Part shown: piece by piece, positions 23,823-36,947 of the stretch | Layout of the letters: each line of letters starts with the position of its first letter | Numbering within the stretch: position 1 is the stretch's first letter | DNA from: Guillardia theta CCMP2712 | Lineage: Eukaryota; Protista; Cryptophyta | Direction: 5' to 3' | Assembly: GCF_000315625.1 (NCBI RefSeq) | Contig: NW_005434670.1 | Coordinates: forward strand, 347,072-411,071 | DNA length: 64,000 nucleotides | Made by a program: the position numbers and the translations under genes | Notes under the pieces: model-generated | What the model saw: only the letters and a program-made list of their open reading frames with translations | What the model was told of the DNA's origin: nothing | The model's database searches: none

Positions 23823-24832
23823 GTGCCTCATCTCTCGTGAGGGGCACTGGCACCGTGACGGGGTACGGCAGGCTCAGTCCGGGGCCGCGGCGGCGCCGCC
23901 GGGCCCGGTCAAATGATGATGTCTACAGGCTACCGGGTCTGACTGAAGTCACTGATTTCCGAGGCTCTCTCTACAGTTCAAGCGGGTTGATCTCTCAGTT
24001 GTCTGCCACCAATTTCAATCAAGGGCGAGACTTTAGCCCGCCGCTTGTCGGGGCCGGGGGACAAGGCTGCCGCTGCCGCTGTGCCACGGTGTTACTAAAT
24101 AAGGATGGGTCATATGATCCCGTAGTCCGGTCACGGCGCAGCCTCCTGGCACCTCAGTGAGCCCTGCCGGGCGTGGATGTTGAACTTGCGGCTTGAGAGG
24201 TCGCAGCCTGAGCCCACGCGGTAACCTATCAAGGGAAGAGGACTGAAGGGTTTTGTCACGGTGGCTCTTCTGACCTGCTCCTGTTTGTTCTTTCTGCTCA
24301 TCTTCTCTACCTCATCCTCAGTTTCCTCCTTCTGCTCCTTAGCGGCCTCGACCCCTCTTCATCGGATTCAGGGTATACAGGTTAGCAAGCTCCAGCGTGA
24401 CTCCCGCAGTCTTTGCCGCTTTCAGTCCATACAAACTGTGAAATGACCAAGCCTCCATCTGAGAACGTCTAAGCTCCAAGTTGCACCTACTCCTCTGTCC
24501 TCTTTCTCCTTCCCAAGCCTCCTCCTTCTTCAGCCTCCTCTTCCTTTCCCTCCCCGGGGGGCCTGCTCAGCCTCCTGCACTCCCATCTCACGCTATCTGA
24601 TCGGCTCTTGTACGTCCCTAGCCCCACCTCCGCACCTCCGCCTTCTGCTCTCTCCTGGCCGAGATAGCCTGCAATTTGGAACAGTGGCGAAGTAATGCCA
24701 TGATACGATCGAAGTGCAAGTGAGCCGTCAAGAAGGTAATGGGTGAAAGAGATATTTGGAATATCAAAATCTAGGGAAACTTTGGAAGGCTCAGTAGGTC
24801 AAAAAGACTACGACGAGCATTGTGACTCTGGT

Positions 24833-25810
24833 CTATTGCACGGTCATATCCAGCTTGAATGCAGCAGTACGAGCAAGAACATCGTCTTGGAATTGTTGTA
24901 GTAGTCCATTTGCTTCATCCTGAAACGAGTATCTGAAGATATTAGAAGGATGCTCTTGAAAAATTGGATCCTGGATGGGGTCAGCCATTTGTTCTATGAC
25001 ATGATCATGGCTTTGCTCAACAGCATCATGCTGCATGTTTTGAGTCTGCTGGAAAGACATGCTTTCGTTTCCTTGATTAAATCCTAGAGCAACACAGAGA
25101 TGAAGGCAATGGGCTGCTGTATCAGTTGGGTTGCTTCCATAAACCATAGAACTCAATTGGAAAAACGCGCCTTGATCTGCCGTATTCATTTGAATCAGTT
25201 TTTGCACATATTTAGTGACTGCTTGTTGATTGTTGTAATTCTTCAAGCAAATTTTGAGGGCATCCACATATCTGAATTTCATTTCATTTGCAATGCTTAT
25301 TAGGACTTGATGTACCGTCGAGATGTTGCTTACTGACAGGTTTGACTTCTCCCTTTGAAACATATACGATGTTCGAATAACGTCACTGAAGAATTTTGTG
25401 TGGCACAGATATTCGTTCTTCAACAGTTCTGCTTCTGCTCTCTTGATAGGATCAGATATTGCTCTAGGAGAAAGATTCCAACATTCAAAACCGCAAAATT
25501 TGCTTTTGGGATACTTCGCTTTCATGGCATCATTTATGACGTGAACTGCTGCTGTGCTTTCAAGTTGATCAAGCACAGATTGAAAATTTCCACATTCTGA
25601 CAAGCTGATGTGCAGAGTATTCATCGTGGTATTCATCAAGACCTGCGCGAAAACATCAATGCATAATTCCTTAAATAGCTTCATTTCGATATCTTATGAA
25701 TACATACACACTTTGGGGGATTCCTGTAAAACGCTCACAAAATCATTCTGCTTCCTTTCACTATCTTGTTCTGTGCAGACTTTCTTTTCTACAACCTTCA
25801 TTCTTCCCAT
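24833..25810 (-). CDS. Hypothetical protein, AT-rich, long last exon
   Basis: 283-aa ORF 24833-25684 plus a probable short upstream exon; no motif recognised. Confidence 0.55.
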
Positions 25811-26833
25811 CTTGTGACCAAAGTCGATGGCCCTAGGAAATGGCGCCAACAAAAGTTTGCGGCTCGCGTGGAAGGATAGGGGTGTGTTGCAGATTAAAGC
25901 AGGTGGGGTGGGTCCAAATTCTAAAAGCGAGGCAACGCCAGGACAACAGCCAGCAAGAGTTGAGACCCCCGATCCATGGCATGACGGGATTTCATTGTTG
26001 CTCCCCCCTCCCTCTCCCCTCCCCTGCTACCTCCTCGCGTCACTCCCACGTGACAGCATATCTCATCTTCATCTTTTTCCTCCTACTGCCAGATACCCAG
26101 ACGACTTTCAACACAGGCTGCAAAAATTTCCTTCCATTGCTTCTACATCGCGAAAAAGGAGGAATGGAAGAAGCACCAGATGAGTTGTTTCGAGGCGCAG
26201 GATGGAATGGTGGTAGTGGGTAAGTGATTACCAGCTTATCTCACTTACTCGTTGCCTCAAGATCTTCGGTCTCTGACGAAGCTTTTGATGTAAGGCTGCG
26301 AAGAAAGAACGGAAGGCTGGAATCAATATCAGACGACTCGTTGCATTTGTCTTCTTCGGATGAAGAGGTGACCTGATCTTGTAACCATGGGATTGTGAGA
26401 GTGTGATTGTTGTCAGGGCAAAGATGTGCCAAGATGGATGAAAGTCCTTGTGCAGTCAAGGAGAGGAGCCTTGGTTCATGTGTACCGGAATTCGACCGGC
26501 TTGTTCAAGTTTGACGTAAGCATCCAAACTCTGCTGTAGTAGCGAACCGATTTGGGAATGACTCGTGCTGGAACAACTGCTTGTTTGAAGCCAAGGCTGT
26601 CATCCGACAGGTGGGTGACATTGCTTGCTACAGCTCGATGCTCTCGCATGCACTCTAACCAAACATGCAGCGAAGACGAGAGGATCTTCTGGGGATTCAA
26701 CCATCCTGACCCGGAGTGATGCATCATGATGCTGTGAATGTGATGCTGAATGATGAATAGATCTGAGAGGCAAGAGCTCTTGACCAACCAGACATATTAC
26801 AACAAGTTGATGGCAAGAGCCAGGTCACACAAC

Positions 26834-26906
<73 letters not shown>

Positions 26907-26926
26907 GGTGGTGGTGGTGATGATGA

Positions 26927-26960
<34 letters not shown>

Positions 26961-27091
26961 GGTGATGATGATGATGATGGACGATGATGGTGGTGGTGGT
27001 GGTGGTGATGATGATGGTGGTGGTGGTGGTGATGATGGTGGTGGTATATACAAGGCTCGTTCGCGTACCTCGAGAATAATGGTGGTGGTGG

Positions 27092-27174
<83 letters not shown>

Positions 27175-27267
27175 GTAATGATGATGATGGTGATGGTGAT
27201 GGTGATGGTGATGGTGATGATAGCGATGGTGATGGTGATGGTGGTGATGGTGGTGGTGATGATGATC
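26834..27267. repeat. Compound (ATG)n/(GTG)n trinucleotide tract
   Basis: Directly visible; one short unique interruption at about 27046-27078. Confidence 0.95.
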
Positions 27268-28099
27268 AGAGTTCTGCAGGCTGCGAGTGCCCTGGATATT
27301 CACCCGCAAGCAACTCAACCCCGTGCTCTTGCGACGTTTGAACCAGGAGATCTTGAGGATCGCGTACCTCAAGAAGTCGCCGAGAGTTCCGATGTGCTCT
27401 TGTTTCCTCCATTTCATTCATCTTCACACAATTCACCCTTAGCCTGTTGCACGATCGACAGCGACAGGCACGGCGGGCAAGTCTGATACAGAAGGTCTTG
27501 TTTGTCATCAGCATGTCATTCTTACTCATTGCACTGCACTTTACAGCATCTTGAAAAGAACGTCCTGTACGGTGAGTCGCCCTTGTGCCTTGACGGTTGA
27601 TTGAGCACCCGAGAAGATCGAGATCAGTTTGCACCCTCGAGTTCTGTGAAGCCGTATCAGAATGCTCCCAGATACCTCTACATTGATGTGAGTGTCAGAG
27701 CTGTCAAAGAGGTCAAACTCAAGACAGGGATGTAGATGTAGCTCTAGGATTTTGCTGCAGTGATGAACCAGTGGAAAGAGTTGAGGAGAAGAAAAGGACG
27801 ATGATTGAGGAGGGGTCGCATTCAACCTCTCACCCTTCCCTGCCATCAGATGGAATTTGGAAGCTTCGCTTTTCGTCTTTCCTGGTCAAGCTTACGGTGA
27901 AAGATTCTCATCGTCTTCGCCGCTGACTTTCGTTCCTTCAACAAGCGAGTACGTCGACCTCGTGCTGGCCGTCAAGTCAGGATCCCTTGATGGGCTCAGA
28001 CTTCCACATCGCAACTTTCGCTCTACTGTGCTGCAAGTGGACCCAACGAGTCTCTCTGATCTGCTGTGATTTGAACCTGCTGGTAGATCGGAGAAGCGC

Positions 28100-31000
28100 T
28101 GGACTCTAGCTTGGTCCGATACTTCGAGGAGGAGACTCGGAGGCATGCGGGGACTTGCGAGGAAGGTCGCGTATGCCTCAGCCTCTCTTGCTACGGGCTC
28201 ATGGGGACGGCAGGGTATGGGATGCTCTACCGACGGCGCGTGGTCGACGAGAAGGAGGAGCTCAACTTTCCCGGACCTCTTGTCCTGGTCTTATCTTCGG
28301 TAACGAGTGGCTCTTTTCGAAAGGAGGTGAAGACTGTTGCAGGAGATTCAAGTGCCAAGCTCGCTAGTGGCAGTGGCGAATCTTTCGCACGGGTTCAAGG
28401 TCTGCTGACTTGTTTCCTTGCCCTCGTCTCGAGCTTGTCCAGGTTGTCGAGTTATTGAGCCGACTGGACGTGGGTATTCCCAAGTAGCGGTTGACATGAA
28501 ATCCTGCTGAGTGAGAACAGATGAGGAATTCCGGTGTGTCACTGCTCCTGATCTCTCCTACGCCAAATGCAAGATGCAGGCAAGTCGAGCAACTCTGAGG
28601 ACGAAAGATCTCAACTGATACCGCAACAGATCATCGAGTGCTTCGGTATCGGACTTCGTCGGCCCGAGATCTACAACAGCCTTGCAGAGTTACAGTGAAC
28701 TTGAGTTTGATATCCTTAAACATGCTTTCTGTCTGTTCGTATCGTCTGCATCAGTCCGAATCTTCCTCGCTGACTTCGTCCTTGCTGGGTTCTTTCTGAC
28801 TTCTCCGCAGAACCTGCAATATTGTTTTCACCTAGAGAACGCTGAGCCTTCTGCTTACCCGGGACACGTTGGGGAATGCATGGGTAAGGAGGCTAGCGTC
28901 CAAGAAGTCTTCGATGTTTCTTCTCTTCTTCTTGGTCCCATCTCCTTGTAGGGATGGGTCAGGGACGTGCTGGAAAGTCTCATCAGACACCCAACAACCC
29001 ACACGCGATCGCTTTACCTCGTCGGAACTTCTTTCCTCCCTCCGAGTGCTCTTGTGTGATCTGTTGACGCATCTCCGCAACCATCTGTGTTTGTCTTCTT
29101 TTGACTTAGCAAGGACCTCTCGCAGTTTCACAGCATCCTGAGAAGGTTACATCAGTAGAAATCTTGATGAGCATGCAAACGAGACCATGTGATCTGCCAA
29201 CGCCTTGACGTGGGAAGCAGACATGCTGTCGATGCAAGCAACGACAAGAGCAAGAGAACCATCTTTTAAGCTTGCAACGTCTTCAAACGACATGAGCGAC
29301 AGCCCTTCCCTTCTACCTTCCTCGTCAACAAGACTCAATAAGTCTTCTTGTACCGACATCTTAACCCACGGTATGAGTTCAGCTAGTTCTGCTCTTGTGA
29401 AAGCTTGAGACTGCAGCTTGAGTGTGTTGCTGTCCCAGCTCTCAACCTCCTCGGAGATCAAGAACAATCTTTTCCTTGCGGCTGACAAGGAGGCAAGGAT
29501 CAGATTCCTCTCTGCCTGCGAGGTGACGGCAAGGGTTTCTTTGAGCTTGTAAGCAGGCAGCAGTTGAAGAGCATGCTTCCGCTGGTCGGGGGAAAGAACG
29601 CAAAGAGCACTCGCCCTCTCGTTAGGTGGCAACTCAGACAAGACCTGAAGAGAAGAAGGCGATCAGTGACTAGCAGGCTGGCAGGGCAACTGACCCCCGC
29701 CCGAGTCTCGTGGGAGAGTGCAGAGAGGATCGCTTTCAAGGAGGACGCTTCCATGTGCATCATCACGGACGCGAGGGGGTGGGGTGCGACGAGCTCTGAT
29801 AGTCTCTTGAGGTGAGGGGAAGAGCAGGCGAGCAGGTCCTTCATGCGGGACTTGTCGTCGCCCTTCAAGAACCTCAGGCATCGCTGAAAGTCCTCCTGAT
29901 CGTCGCTGGGAAGAGTCGACAAGAGGTTTGCGACCTGTTGCTCTCGCATCATCGCCAGGCCCTCCACGTACAGCTTCCCCTTCATCCCTGCGATGCTCGT
30001 CAGTTTGCCTTCGTCTGCCAGGAACTCCATCGCTGATGCTCGCTCCTCCGCTCCCATCTGCTCAAGAACGTCCACAAGTTTTTGGCGTGAGAGCATTTCA
30101 AACAGCCCCTTCTTGTCCGCATGCTGGCACCGGACCATCTCCAACATGTTTTGTATCGGCAGCCAGTCGAGCAGGGTCTCCGGGTCCTCCCTCCTTGCAA
30201 GCGCGCGCAGCTGCTCCCATCGCACGTCTGCGCTCATCTCCTCGAGCCTCATCACCATCTGCAGGTGACTGCCAACGGGCTCCGAGCACAGGGAAGCGAC
30301 AGTCTGCTGCTGCCACCCATCGCAGACCTCAAAGAGAGAGGACGCGATACATGCCGGAAGCTGCGACAGCATTTCTGCTTTCCCCTCCTCGTCGCACCTC
30401 TCAAATGCGAGCATGAGAACAGCAGGCGGGATGTGAGCGAACGCTTCTGAAATCCACGTGATGGGGAGGTGTTGGATCACAAGCTGCAGTTTGAGAGGTG
30501 AAGTTGCCCTGACGAGGATCGCAATCTCTTCCAGGTTCGCATACATCAACCCCAGCGTCAGAGTCTCGAGCTCCATCCCTTCCACCTCGCTCTGTCGCTC
30601 CACTTCGTCAAGATGCCTCACGTTCTGGACTAGACGGATGGCAGCTTGAGCAGGGCCGGGAGATCATTGAAGACAACCTGTCACACTCGTTCAGACTCGT
30701 GCTTGGCACTTGACCAACACACCTCTCTATCTTCTTGCGAGCAATGTCCCAGCAATGCTACAATAGTCTTTGGCTCGCAATCGCCAAGAAACGATCTCCG
30801 AGACTGCTGATCGGTTCCGAGAAGAACGCTTGCCAGCATCTGATCGCTAGTGTCATATACGAGCATATCAAGGCAGCAGCTTTCCTCGGGAGCAAGTGAA
30901 GCGTTGGTGGGGTTCAGCTGCGCAATGGTTGAGGCGTAGAAGACAAAAAGATTGCTGCTCACCGACATGTTTGTCGTTTCGTTCGCACCCTCCGATGACT

Positions 31001-32329
31001 GCATCGATGTTTCTTCCGGCTCCTCGTCAGCCACAGCACGCGTCCTCCTAGAGAGCACCTAGAGTTTCTTCACGAGCTGCTCGAGTATCACAAACACCAG
31101 CACCGTGCAAGGAAGCAGAGCTCTCTCCTTCCTGTGCTCTCGCCCTCTCTCCTTGTCAGCCCCGGAGTGTGGAGAGGCGGGTCGCTCCTTGAGTTCTTTC
31201 ATCGCCTGCGACAACTGCTGCAGACTCCCTCCCATCTCTCTCGCTATCTCCTGACTCAACTTCATCCCCAGCTGCCAAACGGCTTCATGTCGCTGCAACT
31301 TGGCATGAGCCTCATACACGTGGGTGCGGTCGCTTTTCAAGATCAACATGGCCTCCTCTAAGATCTCAGCAAGACCCTGCAGCACCTGCTTTTTGAGGGC
31401 TGCTACACTGCTTGCTCGCAGACTCTCTTCGATGCCTTCATTCGCTTTCAGCTCCAGTTCACGCTTCAATCCTGCCATTTCCTCACGCAAAGTCAAGACT
31501 TGGGATTCAGACTCCTGTAGCTTGTCATTGGCTTGCTGCAAGCTTTGCAATCTCTCTTGTAGGTTGTGATTTTCCTTTTCCATACTTGATAGTTTACTCT
31601 TCAATCCATCAAGCTCTTGCGTGCATCGTTTTTCCAGTTGTGATGCTTCAGACATTGACTCTCGAAGCGACTCAATCATGATGCTCTGTTCGCTGCATTT
31701 AGCCTGGAGGGTTGCAATTTCCTTAGCTCTTCTCGCCATCTCTCTCTCACTCTCTTTCTCCAACAATTCTTTTTCGTATTGAAACTCATTCTCTTTCTCC
31801 TCGAGTTGCTGTTGAAGTGCTTTACATCGTTGTTCTAGTTCATCTTGATGCGATTGCGCGAGTTCATGGAGAAGAGGCTTGTCGTTCCCCTTCAACAGCT
31901 CGCCCGAGTAATATCCCACAGAGATTCGCTTCTCCTCCAGGTCAGCCCACTCCTTCAGGCTGTCTCGGTACTTCATTCCTTCACTCAGCGCTAGTTCCAG
32001 GTCAGACCCTGTTGCAGTCTCAATCATCGCAAATGGACAATGCTCATACTGAGTTGTAAGTTTTGAGATTCAAGGACGTGGCATCTTTCTGACATTCTCA
32101 GAACCTCGTCCTTCACGCTTCATGTCAGAAGAGACAAGCCTGAGCTCCATGACAAGCTCCTCACATTCGCCTTCTCCACGCTCTTCTGTTGCCTTCTGAG
32201 GCGTTCAACCAGCTCCAGGAACTGCAGCGTCTTGTGCCGCGAGCTCTCTCGCCCCCGGCTGTCCTGCAAGTCAAGGTGGTATCTACTCTTGAGCTCCTCG
32301 TTTATGTCCTCCATCGACTTGCCCGCCAT
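28100..32329 (-). CDS. Large multi-exon protein: coiled coil followed by helical repeats (MgtE intracellular-domain-like); 3' end uncertain
   Basis: ORFs 31059-32027 (coiled coil), 29500-30621 and 29147-29641 (repeats such as 'LEQMGAEERASAMEFL'). Confidence 0.65.
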
Positions 32330-32710
32330 CCATGACCTCCTCTCACTTCAGCTCCCTTCACCTCAACCACACGCAAGACAAACTCACTGCAGGTACTCCT
32401 CCACCCGATGAAAGTCGTCAGGAGCGAAAGTCGCGAAGAAGATGCTGAGCTCTTTCTTCAAGGCGCGGGCAGCTTGAGACTGTTGTCTTATCTTGTACTT
32501 GCTCTCTTGGTGCGAGTTGTGAACGTTCTCAAGCCTAAGATTTCACGGAGATGTCACACTCACGCCCTTCCTCATTCAGTCTTCCCTCCCCCTCCCTCCC
32601 CGCCCCTCTCCATCTTTTAGCATCCTGAGGAGACATCATGCACACTTAGCTGGGTCAAACATCCGACGGCGACTAGTCAGAAAAAGCAGAAGCAGCCGCT
32701 CAGCAGCAGC

Positions 32711-32712
<2 letters not shown>

Positions 32713-32768
<56 letters not shown>
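32713..32768. repeat. (GCAA)n microsatellite
   Basis: Directly visible. Confidence 0.95.
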
Positions 32769-33568
32769 TAGCTGAGCAAGTAATTGAGCAAGCCTTTCAT
32801 TTGTCATGCAGTCACTCTCACCATGCCGACGACATGTCTGTACCAGTAGCCACAAGAGTCCTAATCTGGTCTTTACTCAAAGTTAACTTAAATCAGTACC
32901 ATTAATCTTGGCCGGGCCGCCTGCCCGGCCCGGCCCGGGCCCTTCAACTTGATCGCCGGCACAAGTTGACTGACGAGTGCCAAGTAGTGTCAGACTGCCG
33001 AAGCCTACCCCTCCTTTTGATATAAACAGGACGGGTGTGCAATGAGACCCAACGGACCACCCGTCGGTGAGCGCTCATAAAGACTGGGGTATCATCAAGT
33101 AAACAAGGACATAGGGTGGTCATTTGTGATTTGGTGGTAAAGTGAGGAAAGGAGGTACTTTTGTACGTAAATTAGGGGGTAGGGTAGCCAAGTTTGCATT
33201 TGAGAGGTAGGGTCAGGATATTGTTTATGGGGGGTGGTAGGGGGTGTTGAAGTGTGGGGTGGGGTGCGTGTGAACCCCAAGAGCCACCGGGATGGAGGGG
33301 ACGCCGCTCCTGGAGCCGAAGAAGGTGAGGGGGGGGAGAGAGGGGGGGGAAGGGGGGGATGAGGAAGTGAAAGAATAGAAGCAGAACTGAATCTGAAGTT
33401 CGGGGCAAGGGAGCGGGGGGAGATGATGTGAAAAGACGGACATGGTTGGACGACGATATGTGTTAAAGAGTATGTGGCACCTTGGAGTGGTACACGCTAC
33501 CTCATTAGCGGTTCGCAATTGTGAAGTTTGCACTTGTGAAGCGTTGTACGATTCTCTGGCGATTGTAT

Positions 33569-35413
33569 ATGGAGAATCTTTGTCTTCAGAACGAAACGTT
33601 TCGTTCTGTTTCGTATAGAATCATCGCACTTGAGTCATCGCAATTGATTTTATTGCTAGATCCCCAAATGGCGAAGAATCAACATACCCGCTGTTATTTC
33701 CGTGGCCTGCATTTCACTTGCTGTCTTGGTGGTGTACTCTGCTATGCATAATGAGCAGGCACCGGTCATTGCGGACCTCTCGCTGTCACCAGCTGTTGCA
33801 TACATACCTGCCGTGGGCCAACAGAGACTACAGTACATCTATGTCCCTGAGCAGGCGCTGCAGCAACAGAAGAAGAAAGCTTCAAAGTTCACGACACCAG
33901 AGGATCCTCTCTACTTGCCCCAGCCTTTGCTTCCTTCATTTGCAGTTGCAAACGGAAACATCCTCGCTGGGGCAGGAAACAACACCACTGCCGACGGTGG
34001 TCTGCCTCCATGGCATGTTCGGTCTTGCGCCATTTCGTCGTTGGTGACTCAGGCAAAAGGGGTCCTCATTCAGTGGGACAAGTGCGGGTACATGTTCCAG
34101 GGTCAACCCAAGTTTGAGGATCCAGCAAACCCCATCGCTCCCAGTGCGGATGGCACAGTCGGAGTGATCTCTGCTCCGGCGGACGACAAGGAATGTACCC
34201 CGTCCAAGATGAACTCGCCCAAGTGCAGGTAACCGGGCGATCCTTGTGTTTTGGGATACGAATTCTTGACGTTGCTATACTGTAGAAAAGAGTTCACACG
34301 TACCATCGCCAGAAATGACCACGATACTCTTTACAAATGCATGTTGAGCATTCGCGGTCTCTCCCAGACTTGTGAGGATTTGGATGTCGTAACGGCCAAG
34401 GAAGGAAGCTGATTTTCATTGTTTACAGGCGATACCTACTCTGCTTGTGGTCCCACCCCTAGCGTGAACTCACCCATCAAGTCTTTTGGAACACAGTCTG
34501 TTTGCAATGCGCCTGACGGAGGATACTACAAGGAGCCGGAAGTTGAGCGCATGTGCGGTGTTTGCGAAATGTTCCATGCAGTCGCAGGCGCTGCGGTCAC
34601 CCCACACTACCGCGACACTGTGAACGGTAGCGAGTATGAGTTTTTGTTCAAAGTAACTGGATTTTGCAGAGGATGAAAGCAGCGGTGGAGGCTGTTTCGC
34701 ACACGGTGCCACAGTTGTGGTGCAACACTCTGGCAGAAAGAATATCCAGGACGTCCAGGTGGGAGATATGATCCTTGGCTCAAACCAGGTAGTCGTGACA
34801 TTGGCATGAATGTGGGGAACGAGTGAGGGGCTGAATGGAATGCACAGGAATATCGTAGGACATACTTTATTCACGATCACGAGAAGCCTTCCGAGACTTT
34901 GAAAATCTCAGTCGGACAGGAGGAAATCGAGATGACCCCCTCACATTTCCTTCCTATCTATTCGGCGGAGTGTGGTGAGAAGTTTTGCCAGTTTGCCAAG
35001 CTTGTTCCAGCCGCTTCTGTCAAGCCCGGAGATTTCCTGTACACCCAAGGTGGCTTTGAGATGGTGAAGGGCGTAAGCTCAAGCCGCTCCTTCGTCCGTT
35101 ATTTGCTGGTTGAAGGAGGAAATCTCATGGTGAACGGGGTCCTTGCCTCTGTTCAAAGCACAGCAGCTGGAGCACTTGAAACTCTGCCTTTCAGGTTCCT
35201 GGACACGATCTTTCCTGGCAGCCTTGAGGTTCGTCCTGATAAAATAGTCGTGTGCCTGCCTGATCCTTCTTTCAGGCCCCGGCTATCAAGCAGGCCCTTC
35301 GCACCGTCCTTGAGTCTCCTATGCTGCGATCGTTTGAGACCTTGATCGCTAGAACGCATGCTCTTCCCATCACCATTGCCCCTCTCCTCGTCTCATCTAG
35401 CTCAAGCAGTTGA
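33569..35413 (+). CDS. Hedgehog-type Hint (Hog) autoprocessing protein with an N-terminal membrane anchor and Cys-containing ectodomain, multi-exon
   Basis: GGG|CFAHGA (Cys at 34693), VQVGDMIL, EMTPSH (TxxH), VKPGDFL, GNLMVNGVLAS; hydrophobic AVISVACISLAVLVVY; start exon tentative. Confidence 0.88.
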
Positions 35414-35654
35414 GCAAGTGCGACGACAGGCTACGTATGTCGTTCTACGATATTAATAAAGTCATATTGAGTTTATTAAGATATTTCTCAGAGTGCCAAT
35501 GGTCATCATTACTGACATCGAATGCCTCCTCTAGGCTCTTCTTGACGTCCCTGCCCTGAACAGAAAAACGACACGCATGTGCCCTACACATCTATCGCGA
35601 CCCTTCCACTGACGATATACTCAAAATGGTTTTCAGTTGGAAAGTTGCCTACAG

Positions 35655-36235
35655 ACACCTCCTCTTTCCCCTTCCCCTCCCCTCCTTATCTTTGTCCTCG
35701 TCCTTGTCCTCGTCCTCGTCCTTGTCCTCGTCCTCGTCCTCCTTCTCTGCCTCCTGCTCCACCGCCACCGCCTTCGCCTCCTTCTCGTCCTCCGCCTCCT
35801 CGTCCTGGACCTCTTCCTGCTAATCGTCATCCTCCTNNNNNNNNNNNNNNNNNNNNNNNNNNNNNNNNNNNNNNNNNNNNNNNNNNNNNNNNNNNNNNNN
35901 NNNNNNNNNNNNNNNNNNNNNNNNNNNNNNNNNNNNTCCTCCTCCTCCTCCTGCCTCCTCCTCCTGCTCCTCCTCCTCCTGCTCCTCCTCCTCCTCCTTC
36001 TCCTTCTCATCCTTCTCCTTCTCCTTCTGTCACTCCTCCTCCTCCTCCTTCTCCTCCTCCTTCTCCTCCTCCTCCTCCTCCTCCTTCTCCTTCTCTGCCT
36101 CCTTCTCCTTCTCTGCCTCCTTCTCCTTCTCTGCCTCCTTCTCTGTATCCGTCTCTGCATCCTGCTCCACCACTACCGCCTCCGCCTCCGCCTACGCCTC
36201 CGCCTTCGCCTCCGCCTTTCTCGCCTACGCTGAGG
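35655..36235. repeat. Pyrimidine-rich (CCT)n-type low-complexity tract containing an assembly gap
   Basis: Directly visible; N run at 35837-35936. Confidence 0.9.
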
Positions 36236-36947
36236 TTATTTTGCAAGTCGAGACGGTCAGCTTCCTGAACTAGTCTTCCAGGTCCCTTAAGTATGTTTTA
36301 GATCAATTCTAAAAGATATTTTGATATTTTAAAAATAAATGAGTATTTTAAATAAAATATAGTTTTAAACGATCGGAGCTGTAAAGACTGCACCATCCAA
36401 TGCCCGTGACCCTACCCCTCACGCTACCCCACCCACTAAAGGAATTGAAACCTGGATGGTGTACTACCCCCACCATCAATATATCTGAGTCACACACGGG
36501 TTCCGTCGACTATGAGTACCCTACCCCTATCACACCTCCCCTGTATCCCAATCCGATTTCTGCTGTGATCTGTAGCCGACATCCAATTCGGTACACGCCA
36601 CCGCGGAACGGTTACAACGGTTACAATAGTAAGTAAAGGGCCGTGGTCGGTATGAGTCGAGATCTCTCACGTCAGTCGACGGCGACTACAATCGCGGCTG
36701 AGCTTCAACGCTCAGAGCCATGACAAGATCAGAGCAGCCGCACAACGTGAGAGGGGAGGGGAGGCGGAGGCAGCGGAAGGTACAACTCTGCTAGTTTAGA
36801 ATAGAAGTAGACGGAAAAATGAAAGAGGAAAGAACTCGAGAGCCTTAGGGCGCGTACGTTAGTCTCACGTCAGCCTTGAAGTGGAAGGGGACCATCCCTA
36901 TCACCCATGTCAGCCCCTCGCAACCTGCCAGTTTCAGCTGGAATCAC

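Noticed and set aside
35579-36268. Pro-, Leu- or Arg-rich ORFs
   Set aside because: Translations of a low-complexity tract that spans an N gap
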